NCBI GenBank assembly: GCA_905178155.1
Contig: CAJINV010000004.1
Location: forward strand, 4,582,518 to 4,646,517
DNA length: 64,000 bases
From: Amoebophrya sp. A120
Lineage: Eukaryota; Protista; Dinoflagellata
Direction of reading: 5' to 3'
In this document: positions 33,751 through 45,595 of the stretch, one piece after another
How positions within the stretch are numbered: the first letter of the stretch is position 1
Layout: each line of letters opens with the position of its first letter
The notes under the pieces: generated by a model
Told to the model about the DNA's origin: nothing
The model's input: only the letters and a program-made list of their open reading frames with translations
The model's database searches: none
Made by a program: the position numbers and the translations under genes

Positions 33751-33892
33751 AAAGTTCCGATCAAGATCCTGTCCAGAGGACACTTTTTTCGCCGCTTTTC
33801 CTGGCCCCTCCCCCGCCTGGAATCTATGGATTTGGCGGCGCAAAAAAGTGGCCAAAAAAGTGTCCTCTGGACAGGATCTTGATCGGAACTTT
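33751..33892. repeat. Perfect 39-bp inverted repeat (hairpin)
   Basis: 33751-33789 AAAGTTCCGATCAAGATCCTGTCCAGAGGACACTTTTTT is the reverse complement of 33854-33892. Confidence 0.9.
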
Positions 33893-35855
33893 ATCGGATC
33901 TTGAACGGAACTTTTTAGGAACTTTTTTTTGGCCCCTGAAGCTTTCGCCATACCGCCGTGATTGGCGACTTTGAACATTGTTTGAACATTGGTCGGATCC
34001 TTTGTTCGGGGTTCAAGAAGTGGCCTTTCTACCCTTGAAACACGGGCTGTTTCTTTGATTCAACAAATTCAGCGGCTTCGTTTTTGAATCAAAAAAAAAA
34101 CTCGCTTTGGGGCTAGTGCGCCGTCTTTTGCTGGACCATTTCCGACCTGGCCTTGTCCTCGGGCTCGGGTATATCTGGCCCATGGAAGCGAGATGGACCC
34201 TGCGGACGGGGGCAATTCCGTCCATTGCTGGGCCCCAGATTGTTCCGCGCCGCGCCAGGGCTTTTACAACCGCGCGACCACTCGCTCGCCTTTGTTGGGC
34301 GTGGTTATTCGTCACTCCCAGCAAGCTAGCGCCTGTGGCAACGCCCGCGGGGCGTCTGGCCCTTTCTCACATCTACCATACCTTCGTGTAACGCGCGTTA
34401 CATGAGCGGTCTACGCTTCCCTTTCGTCGGCAGGTTGTCCCTGGAAGCTACAGAGGGGCGGACGCTCCGAATCTTTCCGACCCCTCCCCCTGGGGTGTCG
34501 GGGGTGATCTTTTCAGGATCTTCGTGGGTTCTCAGGGCGTCGTCTGTGGCCCGTCGTGCCGCCAGTAAGCTAAGCAGCGACTGCGCCAAAAGTCTAAGTC
34601 ATGTAAAGCGAAAGATAGGAAAATTTTCCGTATTGGGAACAAGCTCTAAATCATTTCGCTGCACTTCAAGAAAGAAAGAAATCACAAACACCTACAGCGA
34701 TGTTGTAGACCCTTCGACGACCACAGCAATATCTAGCGGTAAGTCGTAATCTAAGCATCTGCATAGTCAAAAAGACGCACCAGAACGAGATCACGCTCTT
34801 TTTATTGTTAGAGAACAATGTTAATGTATCAAATGGAAATTATGGACTGCAGTCCGTTTTTAATGAATACCTGCGAGCAGAAGTGAATCGCAAGGATAGA
34901 AGCGATCATGAATTGAGTGTGAGTATCGCCATGCATACGAACAAAAAAAGTTGTTGAAAGATCATTTTTCCGGAACAAGATCCACGCAGACGCATATGTG
35001 CATGCCTTGAAGCAGGTATTTTCAGTGTAGAAAAATATTTGAAATAGCGAGAATCTGATGCATCTGTGCACACCCGGAACCCACGACAGCTTCTGCTTGT
35101 TTTGGTTTGTTTCAAGTGCAAAATCTTTTTTCGCAGTATTGTGAATTTTTTTTTGTTCCCGGTCAATTTTTCTCTACAGGAAAATTTTGTGGCGCCTCTC
35201 GCATTACCCTGAATACAATGCTAGTTCTCAGTTTGTTCAATTTGCTATAGCCATTAGAAGATTATCATTATCGTTATCCCTCATTTTTTCTAGACTTATG
35301 CCTTGTAGGTAGACAGGAAAAAAAAACCGCTGAAAAAGTAGAGTCTATGTATAAGCCTGAGCAATCGGAATCGCCGCCGATGAAAGAAGTATGCATCATG
35401 TCGAGAAATCGAGTTAGGTCGTAGGCGTTATTTGTAGTTACGGCGCGACGGCAATAGAAGTCACAAGAATGACTGGCCCTTCTAGAGGCCGCTGGAAATA
35501 TAATTAGATGGGCAGAGATCCAGGTTCTGTGTCTCACCCTCCAGCACGCATTTGAATTACTGGACCCACCACGCATTCTGTCGAAGTTTAATGCATTATC
35601 GTAGGAAGAACTCTTTTATCAGTACAGTTTTTTACGACATATTTTAAGAGACGAAGCTATATCATGTTTCTTACGCATTTTTCCACGCTGTACAACCTCT
35701 GAAGAAGTATTTTTATGATCGACGACATATGAAAAACTTATTGTATACTGCACGAGGACCCTATTTACTTGACTAAGCGCCACTGCAACTACTCTGTGTT
35801 GTCCGCCGCACTGTATATCTCCTATTAATTTGCTGTTGCACCAGATCATTTAAAA

Positions 35856-38800
35856 ATGGGAGAAGGCGATCAAAAAGGCCAGAAGCCGGGCGCTTCAAGC
35901 CCTTCCACCGCAAGCGGAAGTACCGCGGGAGCATATAACAGTGGAGCCGGCGTTGTAGCAGCAACTACCGGCCAAGGTAAGAAGCAAGAATATCCCGGTG
36001 CTGCCGCCAGAGATCAACATCGCGGCCCGAATGGCGGAGCAGGCAAGAAGGGCGGCCAGGGCGATATTAACAGTGCAACAAGAGACAGCACCACCGGCAG
36101 CAAGAAGGAAGGCGGAGCCACTAGTAGTAAAGGTGGAGGAAGGAGGGACAGAAATCGTGACGGGACTTCAAAAGGCAATGGGAAAAAAGAGGGCCCGCCG
36201 CGGGATGTTGAAATGATGGGCAAAAGAGATAATAGCACCACTAAAGAGTCCTCCACAAGACCAGGAGAAGCGGCACCCGCCGGTGGACCCCAGCAGAACA
36301 ACGAGGGAGCGACAGCAACGCGAAAGGAGAGGAAAGGGAACGGAAAACACAAGAACCGAACTACGCCAAAATCAGGTAGTAATGGAGGCACTTCCACGAA
36401 AGGAGCGCCATCAAATCCAAACTATCCTACTGATGGGGAAGATGTTATCACGATGAAAAGCAATACCACCACCGCCGCCGCGATGAATTATGGCAGCTCA
36501 ACAGCGGCTGCGATTGAAATTACCAGTGCCACTTCCACTTTCATCCCAAGCTCCGCTACCTCTACTAGCAACGCGGGAGACCACGTAACGCAAACGTCAC
36601 CCGCTTCCTCCGGCGGTGCGACTTCGGTTACAGCTGCTGCAAACGGCGACATCAGGAAGAATTCTCGCACAAACTCCTCCGGTACTATTGCAAACAAAGA
36701 CGGATCGACGTTTGTTGTTGTTCACACAGGAACAAATAACGGCTACAACAACGAATCGGAATCACAGCAGCTCGACAGCACAATATATCCCGAAAGCAAG
36801 GACGGCACTACCACCTCTGCAAAGAAAAAGAGGAATCGAGACCGCGAAAAGGAAAAGGAGCGGAGGCTGCGCAAGAAAAAGGAACAGGAGGGCGGCAATG
36901 GTAATAACATGGGAAGTGCAAGTGGCAAAGATCCAGAATCTTTTTCCGGAGCAACTGCAGGGAATGGAAACAGCGCAAATCGTGGCGGAACGTCAAATTC
37001 AAATACTGGAAGAAACAACAGAAACAAGAAGGACGAGTGGAAAAGCGCACCGAACATTGACTTCGGGGATCTCCCCACTTTGGGCGAAGCGAAAGCCCAG
37101 GGCTTCAAGTCGGTCCACCCTAGCGGAGCAGGTTCCGGACCACGTGTTTCCACGTTTTCGGCGACAGCGGTAGACCAGGTGGTGGTTGAAATGAAAGAGG
37201 AAGGTGGAGAAGGGACGCAAGAACGTGCTCCAGCTCAGGGGGATGAGAACAAGTCGGTGGCAGGCACAGCTCCTATAGAGAATGGTTCTCGAGTTGTACC
37301 AGAGGAACTTTCCGCGAAGGAACATGGCGAAGGGAAAAGGAGTAAATCTTCTTCCAAGGGCAGTGGAAAGAGGAAACACGGCGGAGAAGTAGAAAAGGTG
37401 GAGCCGAAGATTCTAGGTATGATTGAAGATAGAATAGCTTGTTTATAGTTGTTTCTTTGTTGCTTAGAACTAGAAGCTTCAGTTTCTCTTTCAACAGCCT
37501 GCTACTGCAGCTTTGGCTTTCTTTTTGAGTGTAGCCACGGACGACGTCGCCACATCAGCACAATGCTCTGAGCAGATAGTACTCGGTTTGTGCTAGCTAT
37601 AGCTTTTCATTGAAATGAGGTGATATTGAAATGATGGTCGATTTGATAATTTTCAAAATTCAATCACCGAACACCTACAACTATGCAGCCACTCCCGGTA
37701 GTGCTTGGGCCAGCGGAGGCGTTTCCAAGTTGTTTAAGGCTGCAACTTCCGAAATGAAGACCAGTCCAAGTACCGCGGTAAGTCATCAGGCTAAGGTCGG
37801 CAGCGAGAACATCAAAGGTGGCAAAAAGGGCGGGGGTCAGCTGCACAAGGCATCAGCTGCGCCGCCCTCTGGAGGGCCGTTGGCGAATGCGAAGGGTACG
37901 TACTTGTTACTGCAAACAGAAACAGTTACACTTTTTGCCTGCATGTTGAAGTTTTCTGAGAGTAGTATAAAGATCCATCCTTGTGAAGCTTTTCGACAGA
38001 GATAGACCACCTGCACTTGATGTCATTGTTGTTTCCTTATAATTACAGGTGCGGTGCCGGGACCTTCCACATCTACTTCACCCGCCTTGCCTACAAATGC
38101 AGTAGTAGAAAATCACCAGGAACTTTTGCATTCCCGAACCGAGACGCCACGGAGTGCGACCGATATACAGATTCCCAGCAGTGCAGCTTCCTCCATCACG
38201 ACCTCTGCAACGCTGACAGGCCATCAAACTACTGACTTGTACAACGCAGGCGGAGTAGTAGGTGCGGCTTCCACAACATCACATAACACTCAACCGCAGT
38301 TCCGAAATGACGCGAAGGTCGCACCTGCCACAGTGGCACCTGGTGCTGCCCCGACAAAAATTACCGTACCAGCAATGCAGACGAACGTTGCGGATGCGGT
38401 TGCGATATTACAGCCGGCAGACGGGAAGCCGTTCGTGAAGATGGGGGAGCAAGAGGACGACCAGCAGACGAGGCAGAACGTGATGAGACATCGAACGGAG
38501 GAGAACAGTAGAGAAGCTTTTCTTCAGAAAGAACAGTTGTCACAGGGTAAATCTGCTGCGACTTTCGCATCCGGTGTAGCTCCTGAGGAACCTGCAACAG
38601 TGCTGCCGATTGCGGAGCAAAAGGCAGAGGTACTCTCTTATATCATTTTTAGGCGGCGTATTTATATATACATGTTTTTTTTTTTCTGGTGCTCGCCCTT
38701 GTTTTGGTGAATCACCTCTTATTTTCGGCAAGCTCAAAATAATGATCATCTGGGGATACTAGCCTCCCTAGTATAAGTATTTGCGTCAAATGCAAATAAT

Positions 38801-41800
38801 AACATAACAAAAACAGATCCCCATCCCGGTAGTTGACAACCAAGACCCCAACGGGGTTCCTTCCACTGCTCCCAACGGCACGTCGACCAGCGCCCCTGCA
38901 TTGCCAGAAACACCAACAACTCCCACGAGCGAAACCTCAAAACAGCCCCAGGAAGCACAGGAGTCCAAGGAAAACGAAGAAGAGGAGAAGAAGCCCGAGC
39001 CGCTACCGCCACCGAAGTCTTGGGCCGATTTGACGAAGAGGAACATTGACCCCCGAAAATTGAACAGCAAGCTGCCCGGCGGCATAGCCGTGCCGACCCA
39101 GAACGTGTCGTTGTTGGACTGTCTGGCCTGCGAGGCGGACAAGTTGCTACCCGAGAGTCACCCGATGAAGCAGCATCTGGACGACAACCCCGCGGGATGG
39201 GCAAAGTAAATTTGTTTTCCTTGTTGTGTCCGTACATATTAAGTAGTTACTGTATGCGACGAATGTTCAGCGGCACACTGTACCTGCTCTGGGTGCTCAA
39301 AAGTGATATCTTCAAAATCACTCGGGACAACAACTACAGCACGCAGATAAAAATTCGCATCATCGACAAAACCCTAAACCTTGAATACTTGTCCCCTCAT
39401 GATGCAAAAATAAACGTAAACCACAACAGGTTCCACGGCCTCTGCCAGCACGGAATTCCCCTGAACGGTGCGTGTCACGAGTTTTTCAAGCGCGGGCTGG
39501 AAAACGTTCGCGGTACGAATCAGTGCTATGTTAATTGCGTCTTCCAGATGCTGCTGACCTGCAAACCCCTGGCGCGCATCCTGATCTCTTGCGGAGAAGG
39601 CGACGCCCAAAGACCCTATTTCCAAGCCCTGCGCGAAGTTTTTAAAGAGTTCCACAAGCCACAAACGACCTCTGTCGGCTCCCACTACAACAACGCGGCT
39701 GACAACAACACGACGGCCGCAACGCCACACTCCAACGCAAGCAGCATCATTGCCGGGTTGGCGACACCGAACAACAATAACGCTGCAAATGTGTTGTTGA
39801 TGAACACGACGCCGATGAACGGCACAACAGGAGGCGGTGGAGCTGGTACCACAACAGGAGCCTCTTCTGGCATTAACCCAGCGACCACATTTGCAGCGGC
39901 GGTGGGGACACCGACGCCCGCGAACGGAGCCGTTGCGGGAGGAAATATGATGATCAGAAGATCTCCGAACATGACCCCATCCGCCAGTCCAGGGAGTGGA
40001 CTAGTACAACACCAGCACGCTAACTTCGTCCCCAAATTTCCGCAAATCGGTGGAGGTGCTCCACACAGCAATAATAAAATGAATATCGCGGATCCCGCAC
40101 AGCACAGCGGCAAACAACTGATCAATACGCCAATGAACAAACCCGGCGCATCTTCAACATCTTCTGCACAGTACAGTGCTGCAGGCGGCACTACACCGGC
40201 GAACTTGTTCACCGGAGCGGGAGCAGGAGGTGGTACTACTAGTACAACAGTGAACCTGACAAACCCGGCGAATTTTAGCACGGAGCCGGCGTCCTCGACC
40301 TCCTCCTCATCCTCCACTGGTGGGAAAACACCTGCTACATCTTCTTTTATGCCCAACAATAGTATGCAAAGTCAGCAAATAGGAACAAGCACGACCACAG
40401 GTGGATCTTCGTCTTTTCTGAACGGAGCTAGTAACTACGCTCCAACAGGATCCTCATCATCTTCAACATCAGCGAACGGGGCCGCAGGAGCTGCGACGTC
40501 AACTACTACTGGCTCGTCGTCCAGTTCCACAGTTTATCACCACCCGCAGGGCAACAGCGCGACCTCCTCAAGTAACACCACCTACACGCTCGCCTGCCCC
40601 GAGCAACTCTCCAGTACGGCGCAAGAGCGCCGGTTCCAGATTGGGCAGCCCCACTTGGTACGCAGTACGCCGCTGATGCGGGATATTCTTTTGAAGTTCA
40701 AGGAGCAACAGCAGACCGGCGTGGACGCGCAGCAAGACTGTTGCGAATTTCTGTTGTATCTTCTGCAGAACATGCACGAGGAAAGCAAATGGACGACGGT
40801 CGACGCGGACATGAAAAAACGAAGGCAATTCTGCAAGGAGGCACCCGCGGTTGTGACCAAAATGAAGCCGGTGAAGGGGCTTCTGGGAGCAGCAGGAAAA
40901 GACAAGGCGAATAACGATAGTAGTCAAGCAGCATCAATATCTTCATCCGGAGAGCAACATCACATGGACAAGGGAGCAAGTGGTGGAAAAGGCGGCTTCA
41001 TGTCCTCATCTGCAAAAGGAGACCAGCAACAGTTCTCCATCGACCGCGAGCAAGCAGATAACTCCCCGTCTGAATGGAACGAGATGGGCAAGGCCGGGCG
41101 AAAAGTGGAAAAGAGGGCCCAGGCGATGCTTGAGGACAGTGTGATTTACCGACTCTTTTCGCACACCGTGCAAACCCGAACACCGACACTGATCACGGAA
41201 GAGCCTTTCCTGATCATGGATCTCTTTTTGCCCGACGTGGCCGGAAGTAATTTCTCAACGACAAGCGCGACACCAAAAGCGGCTCAGGGAGCCAGATTGC
41301 AGGAGCTGGTACTGAGTTCTTGAAAGCATTTGACTTTCCTGTAGGCATTTGTGGTGTTTTTAGTCGTTTTTGCATCGTGCATAACGTAACTCCCGATGGT
41401 ATGATAAATGTTCTTTTCGTACACGCAGAGCAGCACCGTGAGTAAAGTTTTGCACGATGGTGTTGCTGACGGGGTGAGTCAGCTAAAAAACTATGCTAAA
41501 CCATTTCCGTCGTGAGTAATCTTCTACACGACGGTAGTATAATTGGTAAGTGCCACAAGTTCACGAAAACACAACAACAACAGATAAATTCCCAAATCGA
41601 CTCCACGGAGGAGATTGTCACGAGCAACGACAGCAAAATTAGAAAAACGGCGAAAGTGCAGAACCTCCCTCCTTACCTGGTGGTGAACCTGAAGCGCCAC
41701 CGCTATTGCGAATTCAGCAACAAAACGCAGAAGCTGAGCCACAAAATCCACTTCGGTTGCCAACTGAACATCAACCAACAGCAAGATAGCTCGGTCGAAG

Positions 41801-42213
41801 TGGCTGCCAACAACATCTCGCAACAAACGCCACCGAAAATGTTGAGCCACATGCAGCATCCAGGTACAACAAGTGCGACTTCTACCGGCAAAAACTACAG
41901 CTCGCAGAAACCTGCTCAGACGACACCATTATTCCCAGGGGCAACGACGACAACTTCTACACCGTCTCAAATAAACAACTCGACGAGCTACGCGCTGTCC
42001 AGTTTCTTATGCCATCACGGGGAGCATTCGGATAGCGGGCATTACATCGCCTTTGCGCGTTACAACCACGACTGGTGGCGATACGACGACTTGAGTGTCA
42101 CGCGCGTGCCGAACATCGACCAAGAACTGAAGTCGCCGAAGATCTCCGAGTCGGCCTACGTTTTCCTCTACGAACAAATTGCGCCCGGCCAAAACGTGCG
42201 GGTGCATCCGTAA
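35856..42213 (+). CDS. Ubiquitin-specific protease (peptidase C19), USP10/Ubp3-like
   Basis: Cys box RGLENVRGTNQCYVNCVFQMLL, QQDCCEFLLYLLQNMHEE, LPPYLVVNLKR, His box YALSSFLCHHGEHSDSGHYIAF...WWRYDD; PKSWADL upstream. Only GT-AG introns (about 37417-37688, 37896-38048, 38630-38816, 39206-39429, 41309-41583). Confidence 0.88.
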
Positions 42214-44229
42214 AAGGATGACGATCTTCACGTATGTAGTTGGATGAGGCAGCGTTGGAAGGCGGGTCGTGGCTTGAAGGTGTAGTAGAATCGTGCAGGA
42301 ACAAACTTGGTTCTTGTACCGATGACGACCTCGCGCGCTCTCATAAGTTACTAACCTGTACAACTACAGCAAGCGCTTTTCAGTCACGGTCTTGGTATCA
42401 AGGAGTGTGGGGAAGCGACAGATGCTCAGGAGAGGAAAAAAACGCTGCTGACACCGATCGCGTACTCACAACTTTATTTCTGCGCTTTGGTTTTATTTCT
42501 CATCGTAGTTCGTTACAACCAATGCGAAGTACAAAAACAAACGCAAAGAATACGTTGTCTAAATGCACAAATCAAACTGGCCTCTGAGTTGAAGATTTTT
42601 CGTTATAGAATTAATAGGATGAACATACCTGATGAGTAACCGAGAAGCCGCCCTGTATTTCGGTTCGCATGGGTCAAGAGCTTCTTCTTCTTCTTCTAGG
42701 AGCCGCATCCTGACCATCAAAGCTCATGCGACAGTATTATACAACTTACGGCGAGAGGACGAGCAACGAATACGAACGAAGAAAAGCAGGTGGCTGACAA
42801 AAACACTATTGAAGACAAAACTGTTTCTAGATGAATGCACACCGCGAAGGTATAAAAAACGAACTTGAATACCCATTATGTATCTCTCTTTCTATGATGG
42901 CGACCAGTTGTATCACTATCGTATGTTAATGCACTAGAATTTTCAAAGGCACAATCTTTTCGCCGCCGAAAATAGGAAGGTTTCCGAGGGACAAACCACG
43001 AGGATAAAAGCGCTAAGGAGTTCATCTACTGCACTTTGTTATCCGCGCTTGGGTGACTGTGACTTAAACAAGGAATGCACATGGAGTTGTAGGAGCATGC
43101 TTCGTGTTGTTTTCCTACTTCGCTTATTCGGTTGTTAATTTGTCTTCATTTATGTCGTTCGAAATCAATGTAAGCCCTCTTCTCGGTCGAGCGTTCACCC
43201 AGGATGGTGTACTTATCATACTTTGTCTTGTAGTTTGTGAACTTCAGCCACTCCTTGTTAGGTCTTTCGTGGCTTTGAGAAGTTGTTCGTATACTTTTTG
43301 TTACGTCATGCCTCCTCTAGCGACAACAGGAAATCTTCACGGATTATGAATATCAATATTGCGCACGGACAGGACACAAGACCAAGACTTCTTTTTTTGG
43401 TAGAAAAAAAACGCAACTACATCCACTTTCAACCATCTTTGATGGTGGCGCTTCTGCGTGGTGCCTTCTAACTAGGATATTTTTCACATTTTTTCAAATG
43501 ACAACGTACCTGCGGGTGAATCTGAAGCCGATAAACACTCACAAAGAACAAGAAGCACACAAAAAGAAAATAAAAGGGCTAGCAGCCAAAACATCAAAGC
43601 ATTGTGATGGTTCTCCACTGCAGTGGGCAAGCTGCTCCCTCGCTGCACTGGAGAACCACGACAGTCGCTTTTTGCTTCATCAGTCAGAATCAAGCCGCCC
43701 TGCTGGTTTTGTATGATATTAATTTGCTGCCTTCTCTTGATCGACGAGAATGTCGAAATGAAATTCTGCTGCAACTGCTTTTGTGGCCTGAGTATACCCT
43801 CACTGCTTCCCTTGCACCAGCAAGAAGACCATACGAAGGAAAAGCACAGCGTCGAAGCTGATTGACGATGACGCACTGACACTGAGCAAGTAGATTCAAC
43901 TGGTGTAAGTACTTGTTTGCGTGCTGCGCAAACAAAATTTACTGGACAGTTTGATTTGCCAGTCTTGCGGAGCATCAAGCTTATGTTCTTCTTCTTCTTC
44001 TTGTTCGGTATCATCTGAATGCAGACCTGCGCTACCGCCCTTTTCTTTTGGAGCGAGGGAAATGAGGCGAGGTTCTAACAGCTACTAGGTTCTATGACTA
44101 TGTGCCAGGGAGACGAATATGCTGAAGGCCCAGCACGGAAGAAAGACGTGAGTACTGCGGATCCTTGAAAACAGTTCTTGAAAAAGTTGTAGCAGAACCT
44201 GAACCTCTTGCAAAATCCAAATTGAATTC

Positions 44230-44811
44230 ATGATGGCTGCGTCGTTTGCACTGAGCACTCGGCGGTGTTCCGCTAGTCCTGCACCTGCTCTCGCGACGCT
44301 TTTGTTCGGCTCTAAGCGACGACTCGCCAGTCTTGTCGGGAACAATCGTGGTGTTGTTCCTCTCGCCGCAGCTGCAGCTTCTGGGGTTTTGCCAATGTTG
44401 CCGCTCATCAACAGAGCCGGAATGATGCCTGTGATGTTGAGATCGGAACAGCATCAGAAGTGGAGGGGAGATGCCCACATCGCGGAACTCTTTTCTTTTT
44501 TTCATCCAGGTGGAAGTACTACAACAGCACCTACAGCACAACTAGCAGGAGTACCTTCATCATCAACGCTGCAGCGTCAGCAGCTACGTGACGTCGACGA
44601 GATGGCTACGTCTAAGGTGGAGCCGGAACAAGGACCAGCAACCGAAAGTACGGTAGAAGATGATGTCGGCACTAGTACTTTGCATACGAACGAGGAAAAG
44701 CTGTGCTGGGGCCGGTGGCCGGCTCGACCGCCGAAAAAAATGAATCGCGGGGCGTTGCCCAAGTGCAACTACATGCGACGCATCAAAAAACGCATGAAGA
44801 CGGGGAAGTAA
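44230..44811 (+). CDS. Small protein with transit-peptide-like N-terminus and basic C-terminus
   Basis: 193-aa ORF; Ala/Ser/Arg-rich acid-free N-terminus; C-terminus WGRWPARPPKKMNRGALPKCNYMRRIKKRMKTGK. Confidence 0.55.
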   Translation: MMAASFALSTRRCSASPAPALATLLFGSKRRLASLVGNNRGVVPLAAAAASGVLPMLPLINRAGMMPVMLRSEQHQKWRGDAHIAELFSFFHPGGSTTTAPTAQLAGVPSSSTLQRQQLRDVDEMATSKVEPEQGPATESTVEDDVGTSTLHTNEEKLCWGRWPARPPKKMNRGALPKCNYMRRIKKRMKTGK

Positions 44812-45595
44812 GGAAACCGCTGAGCAGTATTTGTATGCTGGACGAGGCGCATACGCATTCTCTTTGTAGCAGAGTGACCATGCTGACACAGCTGGCGACC
44901 TCAAAAACATGTTGAAATAAACAGCGGGAACGAGGGAAATTTGATTTCGGAAGCTTGCTCCAACTAGCAAAAGCAACAAGGTAAGATCGAGCGCTACCGC
45001 TTTTGCGAAGTGCGGTCCGGAACTGATGTGGTTCTGTTCTCCTAGCCACGAAGATTTTTTTTTTTGATTTCGCCGTGCATCGGCTGCACCAAACGTTGCT
45101 CGAAGTTGCAAATTGGCGTCGTTGTTGCTTCGTCTGGGGACCGACAGGAGAGCGCAAACAAGAATAAATGGATGCGAAGTAGAGACGAGGCACCTCCAGA
45201 GGCCACCAACAAATCATGCGAGGAAATAACTAAGAGTATTTCTGGGAAGAAGCTGGCTGCTTTCTGACACTAAAAAACAAAGAGCATAAGAAGTTTAAGT
45301 GGACATTGTTATTTGTTGTTAGACTGGTATCAGAAGTCAAGAAGTTGAGGGTCTATGATTTGCGCATACCTAGTTAAAAATCTGAGCGCCGTGCTGGACG
45401 ACTCGCGTGCTGCTTATTGTTCTTCTAGCTACCATGATGGAGATTTCTTGTGTCGACTTGAGGAAGGTCGCGTACTTTTCGCGGCAACCGTAGACATCTG
45501 CTGTCCAGGAACAATGTACCACGACCTCGTCACCCACAGCGCATGAGCAGAACAAAGTACGTATACTAAAATCACCAACATTTCGTTAAACTAGA

